From contig OZ223505.1 of assembly GCA_965140785.1 (NCBI GenBank), positions 1 to 64,000 of the forward strand: 64,000 nucleotides of DNA, given 5' to 3'. A program made the position numbers and the translations under genes. The DNA is from an uncultured Ruficoccus sp. (GTDB lineage Bacteria > Verrucomicrobiota > Verrucomicrobiia > Opitutales > Cerasicoccaceae). Below, piece by piece: positions 30,587 through 41,245 of this stretch. The notes under the pieces are model-generated. The model made no database searches, was not told the DNA's origin, and saw only the letters and a program-made list of their open reading frames with translations. Each line of letters starts with the position of its first letter. Positions within the stretch are counted from its first letter, which is position 1.

Positions 30587-30745
30587 GGCGGGACACTGTT
30601 TCGCCCCTGTGCGCGGGCCCCATCCCTCTTTTTTTCCGTAGAGGTGCCGGGAATTTTCGCTTATTTCCGGGCCTCAGGGGCGGCGGATTTATTTTTTTAC
30701 GATTTGGCGTGCCATCCCGTTGGGAGGTGTCCACAATGGGTTCCG

Positions 30746-32374
30746 ATGGACGTCGAAATCCTGTCGCGGATCCAGTTCGCCTTCACGATCGCTTTTCACT
30801 ACATTTATCCGACCTTCAGTATTGGGTTGGGGATGTTTCTGGTCATTGTCCAGCTGTTTTGGCTGAAGACGCGGCGCCCGATCTACCACAATATGGCCCG
30901 CTTCTGGACGCGGATTTTCGGGCTGACCTTTGCTGTCGGTGTGGCCAGCGGGATCGTGATGGAGTTCGAGTTCGGGACGAACTGGGCGACCTACTCGCGT
31001 TTCGTGGGGGATGTCTTCGGCAGCCCACTTGCCATTGAGGGGCTTTACGCCTTCTTCCTGGAGTCGGGCTTCCTGGCCGTGCTGCTCTTTGGCTGGGACA
31101 AGGTCGGGCCGTACACGCACTTTTTCGCCACTCTGATGGTCTGCCTGGGCTCGCACTTCAGCGCGGTCTGGATCGTGGTGGCCAACTCCTGGATGCAGAC
31201 CCCGGCCGGTTATTACCTGGCCGAAAAGGTCAAAGTCACCGCCGACGGTCTCCAGCATCCCATGACGGCCGACCTGGCTGCCGGCAGCTTCACCATCAAG
31301 GAAGTGCCGCTGCCCGCTGACTACGTGGTCCAGCCCGAGCATCTCGATAATATTCGCGCCGTGATCACGGATTTCTGGGGCATGGTATTGAATCCATCCT
31401 CGATTGACCGCCTGACCCACGTCGTTTTGGGTTGCTGGCTGGCCGGTGCGTTTCTGGTGATCAGCATCAGTGCCTACTACCTGCTGCGTAAGCGCCACAC
31501 CGAGTTTGCCAAGACCTCGTTCAAGATCGCGCTGGTCTTCGGCACGGTGGCCTCGCTGCTCCAGCTCTGGAGCGCCGACTCGACCGCCCGCGGCGTGGCG
31601 GAGAATCAGCCGGTCAAGCTCGCTGCCATCGAGGGTCTGGCCGAATCCCAGACCGAGGCCCCGCTGGGGGTGGTCGGATTCGTTACCTGGGATAAGGACG
31701 CCGAGGGCAACATCGTCGGCATCAAGGAGAGCTCGATCAAGATCAAGGGGCTGCTCAGCATTCTGGTCGATGGCGATTACCTGCACATGGCCGAAGCCGC
31801 CCAGACGGAGGTCAAGGGCCTCTACGAGCTGCCTTCGGACGAATTTATCAAGAGCCGCCATCCGGACGCCACGCCGGAGGAAATCGCCAAGCTGCGGCCC
31901 GATTACTGGCCCGAGGTGCCAGTGGTTTTCCAGACTTACCACATTATGATCGCTTGCGGCATGGCCCTGATCGGCATCTCCGTGCTGGGCTGCATCCTGT
32001 GGAAGGCCGGACTGCTCTTTAAGCTGGAGAAGAAGTGGGTGCGGCTCTTCATGTGGCTGCTGGTCTTCTCAGTCTTCATCCCGCAAATCGCCAACCAGGC
32101 CGGGTGGTTTACGGCCGAGATGGGGCGCCAGCCGTGGATCGTTTACGAGGTGCTGCAAACCTCCGAGGGGCTCTCCCAGGCCGTCAAGGCACACCAGGTG
32201 CTCAGCTCGCTGATCGGCTTCTTCCTCATCTACACGCTGCTGCTCCTTGTCTTTCTCTACACACTGGACCGGAAAATCAAACACGGCCCGAAGGACGACG
32301 AGTCCATCGAGGTGCTGCCTGAGCGCTGGCAGAAGCTCGTCAAGGTCGAGCACGGCCCAACCATGGACGAATAA
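30746..32374 (+). CDS. cydA: Cytochrome bd ubiquinol oxidase subunit I
   Basis: [46 protein letters not shown] and EMGRQPW. Confidence 0.96.
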   Translation: MDVEILSRIQFAFTIAFHYIYPTFSIGLGMFLVIVQLFWLKTRRPIYHNMARFWTRIFGLTFAVGVASGIVMEFEFGTNWATYSRFVGDVFGSPLAIEGLYAFFLESGFLAVLLFGWDKVGPYTHFFATLMVCLGSHFSAVWIVVANSWMQTPAGYYLAEKVKVTADGLQHPMTADLAAGSFTIKEVPLPADYVVQPEHLDNIRAVITDFWGMVLNPSSIDRLTHVVLGCWLAGAFLVISISAYYLLRKRHTEFAKTSFKIALVFGTVASLLQLWSADSTARGVAENQPVKLAAIEGLAESQTEAPLGVVGFVTWDKDAEGNIVGIKESSIKIKGLLSILVDGDYLHMAEAAQTEVKGLYELPSDEFIKSRHPDATPEEIAKLRPDYWPEVPVVFQTYHIMIACGMALIGISVLGCILWKAGLLFKLEKKWVRLFMWLLVFSVFIPQIANQAGWFTAEMGRQPWIVYEVLQTSEGLSQAVKAHQVLSSLIGFFLIYTLLLLVFLYTLDRKIKHGPKDDESIEVLPERWQKLVKVEHGPTMDE

Positions 32375-32395
32375 CAACGATCGGCATCGGACATT

Positions 32396-33415
32396 ATGGA
32401 TCTGAACACCATCTGGTTTATCCTCGTCGGGATTCTTCTTACCGGCTACGCCATGCTCGACGGCTTTGACCTGGGCGTGGGGGGACTTCATCTCTTTATC
32501 AAGGACGACAAGGAGCGGCGCCTGTTGCTCAATGCCATCGGCCCGGTCTGGGACGGGAACGAAGTGTGGCTGGTGACCGGGGGCGGGGCGCTCTTCGCCG
32601 CTTTCCCCGAAGTGTACGCGACGGCCTTCTCCGGCTTTTACGACGCATTCATCCTGCTGTTGTTCTGCCTGATTTTCCGCGCCTGCGCGATCGAGTTTCG
32701 CAGTAAGGAGCCGGGCCGCCTCTGGCGCCGCTGCTGGGACTGGGGCTTCGCCGTGGGCAGCATGCTGGCCGCCTTCCTCATCGGGGTGGCCATGGGCAAC
32801 GTCACCTGGGGCATTCCGCTGGATGTCAACCACGAGTTCACCGGCAACTTCCTGGGCCTGCTGCATCCCTACGCGCTCTTCCTCGGCGTGACGACCCTGG
32901 CGCTCTTCATGATGCACGGGAACATCTACCTCATCATGAAGACCGAGGGCGACCTGCAGGAGAAGCTCAAGCGCTGGGTCAAGATCACCATCCCGGTCTA
33001 TATCTTCTGCTTCATTGTTTTCAACGTCTGGACGATCTTCGCCTGCCCGCACATCGAGAGCGCCCTGGAGCGACGCCCGATTGAGCTGGGCATCGTCTTC
33101 GTGCTGGCGCTGCTGGTGGTGGCGAACATCCCGCGCGAGGTGCACAAGGGCCGCTACTTCCTGTCCTTCCTCAGTTCCTGTGCCGGAATGGGGCTGCTTA
33201 TGCTGCTCTTCGCCCTGAGCGTGTACCCGAACATGATCTTCTCGAACCCGAACGTGGAAAACAGCCTCAACATTTATAACGGCTCCTCTTCCGAGAACAC
33301 GCTCAGGATCATGTTCTGGATCGCGATTATCGGCGTGCCGATCGTGATCACCTACACCTCGTGCGTGTATTACATCTTCCGCGGCAAGGTGAAATTGACC
33401 GAAGAAAGCTACTGA
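32396..33415 (+). CDS. cydB: Cytochrome bd ubiquinol oxidase subunit II
   Basis: LDGFDLGVG and GPVWDGNEVWLV. Confidence 0.96.
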   Translation: MDLNTIWFILVGILLTGYAMLDGFDLGVGGLHLFIKDDKERRLLLNAIGPVWDGNEVWLVTGGGALFAAFPEVYATAFSGFYDAFILLLFCLIFRACAIEFRSKEPGRLWRRCWDWGFAVGSMLAAFLIGVAMGNVTWGIPLDVNHEFTGNFLGLLHPYALFLGVTTLALFMMHGNIYLIMKTEGDLQEKLKRWVKITIPVYIFCFIVFNVWTIFACPHIESALERRPIELGIVFVLALLVVANIPREVHKGRYFLSFLSSCAGMGLLMLLFALSVYPNMIFSNPNVENSLNIYNGSSSENTLRIMFWIAIIGVPIVITYTSCVYYIFRGKVKLTEESY

Positions 33416-33478
33416 CGGGGCCTGACATAGGTTATTTTTGCGGATTTTCTCCGGTCAATCCGAGGTGAGCCCTTGCAA

Positions 33479-33494
33479 CGGCACGCGAGTTGCT
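33479..33494 (+). promoter_or_regulatory. Putative sigma-54 (-24/-12) promoter
   Basis: CGGCACGCGAGTTGCT is GG-N10-GC, close to TGGCACG-N4-TTGC, and lies 23 nt before the ATG. Confidence 0.65.
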
Positions 33495-33517
33495 ATTAGT
33501 TAAGGCCTTACCCACGC

Positions 33518-34957
33518 ATGCATTTTGAGAACTACAAAACGGACGACTTTTTTGATGAAATGTTCGAGGCGCCCGGCAAGGTCCGCCCGCACTATGAGAT
33601 GCTCGCCGAGCGTTTCGACCGGCTGAACGACGAGCAGTTCGAGGAGAAGCGGCAGGCCGTGGATCTGTCCTTCCTGCGAGCCGGGGTCACCTTCACGGTT
33701 TACAGCGATAATCAGGGCACGGAGCGCATCATGCCCTTCGACTTGATCCCGCGGGTCATTCCCGCCGAGGAGTGGGACCTGCTTGAGCGCGGCCTCAAGC
33801 AGCGTCTGGAGGCGCTCAACCTCTTCCTGCACGACATTTACCACGACCAGAAGATTTTAAAGGACAACGTCATCCCGCCCAGCTACGTGCTCAGCTCGAA
33901 GGATTTCCGGCGGGAAATGGTCGGGGTGGACGTTCCGCGCGACATTTATATCCACATCTGCGGCACGGACCTGATCCGCGATGACAAGGGCCAGTACCTC
34001 GTGCTGGAGGACAATGGCCGCTGCCCCTCCGGCGTCTCCTACGTGCTGGAGAACCGGGCCGCCATGCGCCGGGCCTTCCCGAATCTCTTTCCCACCGCCG
34101 GGGTCCGACCGGTCGAGCACTACGCCGAGGACCTGCTAAAGATGTTGAAATACATCTCGCCGGTGCAGGATCGTGAGCCCACCGTGGCCATCCTCACCCC
34201 AGGCGTGTACAACAGCGCCTACTTCGAGCACTGCTTCCTGGCCCGCCAGATGGGGGTCGAGATCGTCGAGGGACGCGACCTCGTCGTGCGCGACTACAAG
34301 GTCTTCATGCGCACGACCAAGGGCCTGCAGCAGGTGGACGTGATTTACCGCCGCATCAACGACGAGTTCCTCGACCCGAGTGTGTTCAACTCCGAGTCCC
34401 TGCTCGGCGTGCCCGGCCTGCTCAACGCCGTGCGCGCGGGCAACATCGGCCTGGCCAACGCCATCGGCACCGGGGTGGCCGACGACAAGGTCATGTACTA
34501 CTTCGTGCCGCGCATGATCAAGTACTACCTCGACCAGGACCCGATCCTGCCCAACGTCAAAACCTACCTGCCCTCGGAAAAGGAGGACTACGACTTTGTC
34601 ATCAACAACCTCGACAAGCTCGTGGTCAAGGCGGCCAACGAGGCCGGCGGCTACGGCATGCTGATGGGCCCCTGGGCCTCGAAGGAGGAGATCGCCCTGT
34701 TCCACGACGCGGTCAAGGCCAACCCGCGCAACTACATCGCGCAGAACCCGATTTCACTCTCGCGGCATCCTACCTATTGCGGCGAAGCCGGCTTCGAGGG
34801 GCGGCACATCGACCTGCGCCCGTACATCATCTGCGGCGAGGACATCAAGATCACCCCCGGCGGGCTCACCCGCGTGGCCCTGCGCAAGGGCTCACTCGTC
34901 GTCAACTCCTCCCAGGGCGGCGGTGCTAAGGACACCTGGGTGATGTATAAGAAGTAA
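33518..34957 (+). CDS. Circularly permuted type 2 ATP-grasp protein
   Basis: [36 protein letters not shown] and [26 protein letters not shown]. Confidence 0.93.
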   Translation: MHFENYKTDDFFDEMFEAPGKVRPHYEMLAERFDRLNDEQFEEKRQAVDLSFLRAGVTFTVYSDNQGTERIMPFDLIPRVIPAEEWDLLERGLKQRLEALNLFLHDIYHDQKILKDNVIPPSYVLSSKDFRREMVGVDVPRDIYIHICGTDLIRDDKGQYLVLEDNGRCPSGVSYVLENRAAMRRAFPNLFPTAGVRPVEHYAEDLLKMLKYISPVQDREPTVAILTPGVYNSAYFEHCFLARQMGVEIVEGRDLVVRDYKVFMRTTKGLQQVDVIYRRINDEFLDPSVFNSESLLGVPGLLNAVRAGNIGLANAIGTGVADDKVMYYFVPRMIKYYLDQDPILPNVKTYLPSEKEDYDFVINNLDKLVVKAANEAGGYGMLMGPWASKEEIALFHDAVKANPRNYIAQNPISLSRHPTYCGEAGFEGRHIDLRPYIICGEDIKITPGGLTRVALRKGSLVVNSSQGGGAKDTWVMYKK

Positions 34958-35160
34958 AGGGTCAAATGGCTGAATGGCTAAAGGGTTGTGGTAAGATATG
35001 CTCACGGGTCGCCATTCGCAGATTGTGTCTTGTCCATACAGCTTTTTTATGTTCTTCCGGTTGCCAGATGTACTCAAACGCAGGCACGCAAACTATCTAT
35101 CCGTTCGGCCACTAGATTCTCTAACCATTCAGTTATTTAACTATTTAGCCATTTAATCCC
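34956..35160. repeat. Octamer-periodic inverted-arm element
   Basis: aaagggtc-aaatggct-gaatggct-aaagggtt ... aaccattc-agttattt-aactattt-agccattt. Confidence 0.75.
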
Positions 35161-35162
35161 CC

Positions 35163-36170
35163 ATGCTTTCCCGCGTCGCAGACTCAATTTACTGGATGGC
35201 CCGCTACATTGAACGGGCCGAGAACATCGCCCGCCTGGTCGAAGTCAACCTGCAGCTCCTGCTCGACTTCCAGGACGTGGACGATGCCAAGCTCAAGGAG
35301 CACTGGGACCCGCTCATTCGCTCCACCGGGGACGAGAAACGCTTTTACGCCAAGTATGAGAAGGCCAACAGCGAGAACGTGCTGGAGTTTCTCACCTTCG
35401 AGCTGGAGAACCCCAACTCGGTCCTCTCCTGCGTGTTCAACGCCCGCGAAAACGCCCGCATGGTGCGCGACCAGATCACCTTCGAGATGTGGGAGACGCT
35501 GAACAAGCTCTACCTCTTTCTCAAGTCCGGACGGGCGCGTCAGCTTTACCAGTCCGACGTGCACGAGTTCTACCAGCAGATCAAGGAGCACTCGCACCTC
35601 TTTCAGGGGCTGGCCCACGCCACCGTTTCACGCGACGAGGGCTACGACTTTATCCAGATCGGCACCTACATCGAGCGCGCCGACAAGACCACGCGTATCC
35701 TCGACATCAAGTACCACATGCTCCTGCCCAGCGTGACCGACGTGGGCGGCGCGGTGGACGTGACGCAATGGACCGCCGTCCTGCGCTCGGCCAGTGCCTA
35801 CGAGGCCTACCATCAGCGCTACGTCGCCGATGTCAATCCGGGCAAAATCGCCGAGCTGCTCATCTACTCGGAGACTTTTCCGCGCTCCATCCGCTACTGC
35901 GTGCAGGAGCTCAACTACTGGCTGCACCAGGTCTCCGGCTGCGCCCTGGCCAACTACTCCAATGAGGCCGAGCGCCTCTGCGGACGCTTGCTTTCCGAGC
36001 TCAACTACGGTTCGGTCGAGGAAGTCTTTCAGGAGGGGCTGCATGAGTACCTGGACCGCATCCAGGACCGCCTGAACGAGATCGGCGGCTCCACCTACAA
36101 GGCCTACATGTTCCTCCCGCCCGTCGATATGAAGGGCGAGATCCAGGTCCAGCAGCAACAGCAGCAGTAG
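35163..36170 (+). CDS. Alpha-E domain protein
   Basis: MLSRVADSIYWMARYIERAEN, ARENAR, IERADKTTRILD, FPRSI and a C-terminal poly-Gln. Confidence 0.93.
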   Translation: MLSRVADSIYWMARYIERAENIARLVEVNLQLLLDFQDVDDAKLKEHWDPLIRSTGDEKRFYAKYEKANSENVLEFLTFELENPNSVLSCVFNARENARMVRDQITFEMWETLNKLYLFLKSGRARQLYQSDVHEFYQQIKEHSHLFQGLAHATVSRDEGYDFIQIGTYIERADKTTRILDIKYHMLLPSVTDVGGAVDVTQWTAVLRSASAYEAYHQRYVADVNPGKIAELLIYSETFPRSIRYCVQELNYWLHQVSGCALANYSNEAERLCGRLLSELNYGSVEEVFQEGLHEYLDRIQDRLNEIGGSTYKAYMFLPPVDMKGEIQVQQQQQQ

Positions 36171-36254
36171 CCAGGTCTTTTTAAGTTCAGCTCTTGGGAC
36201 GCACCGGCAACGGTTGTTAAGGGTTGTCGTGGGTAGTCGCTCTTATGTAATGAT

Positions 36255-36887
36255 GTGCCCATGAAATCGCTCCTGCTGCTGTCCGGCCTGTACTCGATGC
36301 TGGTGCTTTGCGCTCACGCCAAGGAGATCGATTATCCGGGGCAGGGAATCACGTTTGAGTTGACGGTGACACCGTATGCGCCGCCTGTGGTGATCGCGGA
36401 CGGGCAGGTCGAGGATTGGCCGCTGGCGCCGGAGTGGTGGCCCGCCTACGATGCCCAGGTGAACTTCCGCGACGGGCGCAGTTACGAGGAGTGGGCCCGG
36501 TACTTCACTCCGCGTGCGTTGGAGGCCCGGCGAGCTAGCCCGACGGCTTTTGAAAACATGCGGCAGCGCCCGCCGAACGCGTTTACGAATCCGCCGTTGC
36601 GCACCGCGCTTTATCAGGTCGAGGTCGGATGGGACGGGCGGCGTGTGCTGCTCGTGCCGGTGGTGAATCTCCGCGTGGAGACCGTGCCGGAAGACCTGAG
36701 CGAACTCGGTGTGCCGGTCAACGTGCTCGTCTTCGAGCAGGCGGCGGACGGCACCTGGCAGAACCAGTTGCCCCGCGCGGTGGGTTTTGTCATGGAAATT
36801 CCCTACAAATACCCGGCCAAGCTCGAAGCCATCCTGCGGGCCGGAGCCGTGACCTACGACCACGGGATGAAGCCGCTGAGCCAGTAG
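36255..36887 (+). CDS. Hypothetical secreted protein
   Basis: Signal peptide ending AHA; no family recognised. Confidence 0.6.
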   Translation: MPMKSLLLLSGLYSMLVLCAHAKEIDYPGQGITFELTVTPYAPPVVIADGQVEDWPLAPEWWPAYDAQVNFRDGRSYEEWARYFTPRALEARRASPTAFENMRQRPPNAFTNPPLRTALYQVEVGWDGRRVLLVPVVNLRVETVPEDLSELGVPVNVLVFEQAADGTWQNQLPRAVGFVMEIPYKYPAKLEAILRAGAVTYDHGMKPLSQ

Positions 36888-36979
36888 TCGCAATCAATAC
36901 GCGGCGTCGGTTATTCGGTCAGAAATCGATTGCTCTCACAAAGAGACCAAGAGCACCATGGCGTTAGCCGAGAGCATAT

Positions 36980-37016
36980 AAAAAACAGCCGTGGACGCTG
37001 GGCGCATCCACGGCTG
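36980..37016 (-). terminator. Probable ilvB terminator
   Basis: 10-bp perfect stem cagccgtgga/tccacggctg with A6 on its left (T6 on the minus strand). Confidence 0.6.
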
Positions 37017-37153
37017 GGGTAAAATCGGTTGTTCCTTCTGGCGGTGCCTATCCGAGACCCTGACTCCGTTTCCGGGGTAGGAGCCTTTCTGGCTCCGTAG
37101 GGGCGCAGCCCCTTAGTGATCCGCAGGATCACAGGTGCAGGACCTTGTCCTGC

Positions 37154-38929
37154 CTATTCGGTAAGGATGTCCTTGGCGGACTTTTTCTGCGGGATGAACG
37201 GCAGCACGTGCTCGGAGTAGGGGATGAGCACGTCGAGGACGTAGGGGCCGTCGTGTTCGAGCATCTCCTTGATGGCCGGGCGCAGGTCTTCCTTTTTGTA
37301 AATCTTGCGTCCGGCGATGCCGAAGCCCTTGGCGACGGTGACAAAGTCCGGATAGACGGCGTCGAGGTTGTCGGGGCTGCCGATGTTGTTGGGGTCGCAC
37401 AGGACAGTGTGGCCGCGGACGCCGTCGTAGAAGCGGTCTTCCCACTGCACGACCATGCCCAGGTGCTGGTTGTTGAGAATCATGATCTTGGCGTCGATCT
37501 TTTCGACCTTGGCCGTGGCCAGTTCCTGAATGTTCATCATGATCGAGCCGTCGCCCTCGATGTTGACAACGGTCTTGTCCGGGAAGGCGACCTTGGCGCC
37601 GAGGGCGGCGGGCAGGCCGAAGCCCATCGTGCCCAGCCCGAGCGAGCTGATGAAGCAGCGCGGCTCCTTAAAGTGGTAGTATTGCGGCGCCCACATCTGG
37701 TGCTGGCCCACGCCGGTGGCGATGATGGCGTCCCCGTGCGTTTCCTCGTAGAGGACCTTGACGGCGTCCTGGGCGAGGATGTGCTTGTTCTCCTTGTAGG
37801 TGAAGGGGTAGGGGTGCTCTTTTTTCCAACCGTTGATGGTGGTGTACCAGGCCGAGAGATCGGGCTTGGTGAAGCCGCCGGTCTTGATCAGCTCGATCAT
37901 ACGCTTGAGGGCGTACTTGAGATCGGTGTGGATCGGGTAGTGGGTGGGCTTGTTTTTGTTGTGCTCCGAGCGGTCGATGTCGAAGTGAACGATCGTGGCG
38001 TCGGGGGCGAACTTGGAAACAGTGCCGGTGATGCGGTCGTCGAAGCGCGCACCGACGCAGATGAGCAGGTCGGAGTCGCAGACGGCCCAGTTACCCGCGA
38101 CGGTTCCGTGCATGCCGAACCAGTACAGGCTCTGCGGGTCGTCCGGCGGGAAGGCGCCCAGGCCCATCAGGGTCGAGGCCACAGGGATGCCGGTGAGTTT
38201 GGCGAACTCGCGCAGCTCGTCCGAGGCGTGGGCGGAGATGACGCCGCCGCCAGTGTAAAGGGCCGGTTGCTTCGACTCGGCGATAAGGTCGAGCACCTGC
38301 TTGAGATCCTCGTCGCTGGCATGGGGCAGCGGCGGGTAGCCGGGGATATCGACCGCGCCGGGGAAGACCGGCTCGAAGACCTTCTGCTGGACGTCCTTGG
38401 GGATGTCGATCACGACCGGGCCGGGGCGGCCCGTGGTGGCGATGATGAAGGCCTTCTTGATGATCATGGGCAGCTCCTCGGCCTCAAGGACGAGGAAGCT
38501 GTGCTTCACCACCGGCAGGGTCATACCGAAAAAGTCCGTCTCTTGAAAGGCGCTTTTGCCAATAAACTCCTGGAAGACCTGCCCGGTGATGGCGATCAGC
38601 GGGATGGAGTCCATGAAGGCGTCGGCGATGCAGGTGATCAGGTTGGTCGCGCCGGGGCCGCTGGTGGCCATGCAGACGCCGGCCTTGCCGGTGGCACGGG
38701 CGTAGCCGTGGGCCATGAAGCCGCCGCCCTGCTCGTGGCGGGGCAGTACGGTGCGCAGTTTCTTGGCGCGGGTGAGGGCCTGGTGCAGCTCGATCGAGGC
38801 ACCGCCGGGATAGGCGAAGATTACATCTACCCCCTCGCGTTCCAGGCACTCGACGACGACGTCGGCACCCTTCATGGCGGGGCCTTTTTCGTCCTGTGAC
38901 GGGAAGTTGACAAGGGGTTCGGTCTTCAT
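37154..38929 (-). CDS. ilvB: Acetolactate synthase large subunit, biosynthetic type
   Basis: [41 protein letters not shown] and GDGS...NN. Start set at ATG 38929. Confidence 0.95.
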   Translation of the reverse strand: MKTEPLVNFPSQDEKGPAMKGADVVVECLEREGVDVIFAYPGGASIELHQALTRAKKLRTVLPRHEQGGGFMAHGYARATGKAGVCMATSGPGATNLITCIADAFMDSIPLIAITGQVFQEFIGKSAFQETDFFGMTLPVVKHSFLVLEAEELPMIIKKAFIIATTGRPGPVVIDIPKDVQQKVFEPVFPGAVDIPGYPPLPHASDEDLKQVLDLIAESKQPALYTGGGVISAHASDELREFAKLTGIPVASTLMGLGAFPPDDPQSLYWFGMHGTVAGNWAVCDSDLLICVGARFDDRITGTVSKFAPDATIVHFDIDRSEHNKNKPTHYPIHTDLKYALKRMIELIKTGGFTKPDLSAWYTTINGWKKEHPYPFTYKENKHILAQDAVKVLYEETHGDAIIATGVGQHQMWAPQYYHFKEPRCFISSLGLGTMGFGLPAALGAKVAFPDKTVVNIEGDGSIMMNIQELATAKVEKIDAKIMILNNQHLGMVVQWEDRFYDGVRGHTVLCDPNNIGSPDNLDAVYPDFVTVAKGFGIAGRKIYKKEDLRPAIKEMLEHDGPYVLDVLIPYSEHVLPFIPQKKSAKDILTE

Positions 38930-39110
38930 GGTCTGGCTGAGTTGGTGGTTTGGGAGGGTCCGTCCGACGACTTCGAACGAACCGAAAATAAGGCGCAAAA
39001 GACTAGCTGTTGGGTGGTCGGAAGCAAGCGCGAAGTTTGCAGCGCTTCAGGCGGTGCCCTTCAATAAAACCTTGCGCCCGGGGGGTGGGGTGCGCTGTGC
39101 TCGTAAGGCT

Positions 39111-39899
39111 ATGCCGAAAGTACTGTTTATCGGGGATATCGTGGGTAAGCCCGGGCGTTCCTTTGTCACCCAACGCCTGCCGGACTTCCGCCAGGAGCGG
39201 GGGATTGACCTGGTCGTGGCCAACGGCGAGAACGCCGCGGCCGGCTCCGGGATCACCACGGCCATCGTCAAGGAGCTGCTGGCGGCCGGGGTCGACGGCA
39301 TCACCCTGGGGGACCATGTGTGGGACCAGCGCGGGTTCGCCGATGAGATCAACGGCTTGGACAAGGTCTGCCGCCCGGCCAACCTGCCGCCGCAGTGCCC
39401 CGGACGCACGCACCTGATTTTGGAGAAGGACGGCTTCCGGCTGGCGGTCTTTACCCTGCTGGGCAATAATTTCATGAAGCTGACCGCGGATTGCCCCTTC
39501 CGCACCGGGGACCGGCTGCTGGGCGATATCGGGGCCGGGGCCGACGCCGTGCTGATGGAGATCCACGCCGAGACGACCTCGGAAAAAGTGGCCTTCGGCT
39601 GGTACTTCGACGGGCGCGCCTCGGCGGTCATCGGTACGCACACACATATCCCGACGGCGGACAACACCATCCTGCCGCGCGGCACCGCCTACCAGACCGA
39701 CGCCGGGATGAGTGGGCCGTACCGCTCCGTACTCGGGCGCGAAGTCGAGCCCATCGTCTTAAAGTTCCTCGACGGCATGCCGCGGCGCTGGCCGGTGGCC
39801 GAGGGAGACGTGCGCCTGTGCGGCCTGCTGGTCGAGATCGATGCGGCCACCGGGCAGTGCACGAGCCAGGAACGCATCTGCCTGACGCCGGAAATTTGA
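39111..39899 (+). CDS. YmdB-family (TIGR00282) metallophosphoesterase
   Basis: [36 protein letters not shown] and GTHTH. Confidence 0.93.
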   Translation: MPKVLFIGDIVGKPGRSFVTQRLPDFRQERGIDLVVANGENAAAGSGITTAIVKELLAAGVDGITLGDHVWDQRGFADEINGLDKVCRPANLPPQCPGRTHLILEKDGFRLAVFTLLGNNFMKLTADCPFRTGDRLLGDIGAGADAVLMEIHAETTSEKVAFGWYFDGRASAVIGTHTHIPTADNTILPRGTAYQTDAGMSGPYRSVLGREVEPIVLKFLDGMPRRWPVAEGDVRLCGLLVEIDAATGQCTSQERICLTPEI

Positions 39900-39988
39900 A
39901 ACCTTCCGGAAAATGTAGTGTTATTTAAGGTAGCCTAAGCTTACACGCGTACGGCGTTGTTGGCGCGTTTTCCTATTATTCTTGTCCA

Positions 39989-41236
39989 CTGATAAAAGTT
40001 GCCCAGTTCGTCGCCGTTGGAGCGATAGTTGCTTGGACGGCACTGCCGGTGTCGGCGCTGATCCTGTACTCGGGTGACAACGCTGCCAACCAGACCGCCC
40101 CAGCCAACGGCGCTCCTTTTGATCAGGTGGGGAGCATTTGCGTTACCGTACCGACCTCTAACGGAAACGGCACGGCCATCCACTTGCGGGGGAAATACTT
40201 CCTGACGGCGAATCACGTGTATATCGGCGGGGGGAGAAGCGTCACTTTTGACGGACTCAGCTTTTATAAAATCGATGCGGCGTTCACGCCGGTGCGGATC
40301 TCGACGGCCTCCGATACGGTGGACATGAAGGTCTGCAAGCTGGTCGAGGACCCCGGCCTGAGTGAACTCGCGCTCAACACCAACACCAGCCAGGACCGCT
40401 CGTCGGCCACCACGAGTGTCATGGTCGGCTATGGCAAGGGGCGCGACACGGCGCAAGCGGATGAGACCGGTACGGAGCGAACCTGGGATTGGGGATCCAC
40501 CGGCACGACGGCCAAGCGCTGGGGGAGCAATACGGTCGAGGGAACCAACTCAATCTCCGGTATCGAAGATTACAACTACAGCTACGACGGCTTGGTCATT
40601 AAGATTGATGCTGAGGCGGGCAATGATGAAGCCGCCCTGGCCTTGGCCGATTCCGGCTCGCCGCTCTTTCAGCAGATTGGCGGGCAGTGGGTACTCTCCG
40701 GACTGGCGACCCTGGTCAGTAAAGACGGGAGCAGCACTTTCGGCGTTACCAGCGGGCTGGGGCCCTTGGCCACCTTTTCGGGCGACCAAAACTACTACGT
40801 GCGTATTTCCAGCTACGCCGCCGAGATCGAGGCGGCGCTGCCGGACCTTTCCACTTATGGCGGCTGGCTGACGGACAATTCCCTGAGCGGGGCGGATGCC
40901 GCCGAGGATGCAGATCCTGACGCCGACGGCATGACCAACCTCGAAGAGTTCGCCTACGGGAGCAATCCGTGCGCCTCGGACATCGGCCTGGGCCCGCAGG
41001 CCTCCGGCGTGGACGGCGATCTGGTCCTGACGTGGCAGCAGAGCGAGGTGCCCGCGGGGCTGAACTTTACCGTCGAGCAAACCGACGACCTGATGAACAC
41101 GCCCTTTGCCGCCTCCGGGCTGACGCCCGAGCAAGTCGGCCTGGACGGTGACATCAGTACCTGGCGGGTGACGTTGGCTCCGGCCAGCGGGCAGGCGTTC
41201 CTGCGCCTGGCGGTTACGTCGGCGGAGACGCCCTGA
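39989..41236 (+). CDS. Secreted trypsin-like serine protease with C-terminal Asp-rich (DxDxDG) and beta-sandwich region; start probably non-canonical
   Basis: LTANHV, DMKV and ADSGSPLF triad, plus DPDADGMTNLEEFAYG. The signal peptide lies upstream of the first GTG (40049). Confidence 0.75.
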   Translation: MIKVAQFVAVGAIVAWTALPVSALILYSGDNAANQTAPANGAPFDQVGSICVTVPTSNGNGTAIHLRGKYFLTANHVYIGGGRSVTFDGLSFYKIDAAFTPVRISTASDTVDMKVCKLVEDPGLSELALNTNTSQDRSSATTSVMVGYGKGRDTAQADETGTERTWDWGSTGTTAKRWGSNTVEGTNSISGIEDYNYSYDGLVIKIDAEAGNDEAALALADSGSPLFQQIGGQWVLSGLATLVSKDGSSTFGVTSGLGPLATFSGDQNYYVRISSYAAEIEAALPDLSTYGGWLTDNSLSGADAAEDADPDADGMTNLEEFAYGSNPCASDIGLGPQASGVDGDLVLTWQQSEVPAGLNFTVEQTDDLMNTPFAASGLTPEQVGLDGDISTWRVTLAPASGQAFLRLAVTSAETP

Positions 41237-41245
41237 GCGCCCGGC

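Noticed and set aside
37154..38929. ilvB without adjacent ilvN/ilvC or an attenuator leader
   Set aside because: Dispersed ilv genes are common, and no leader peptide was found.
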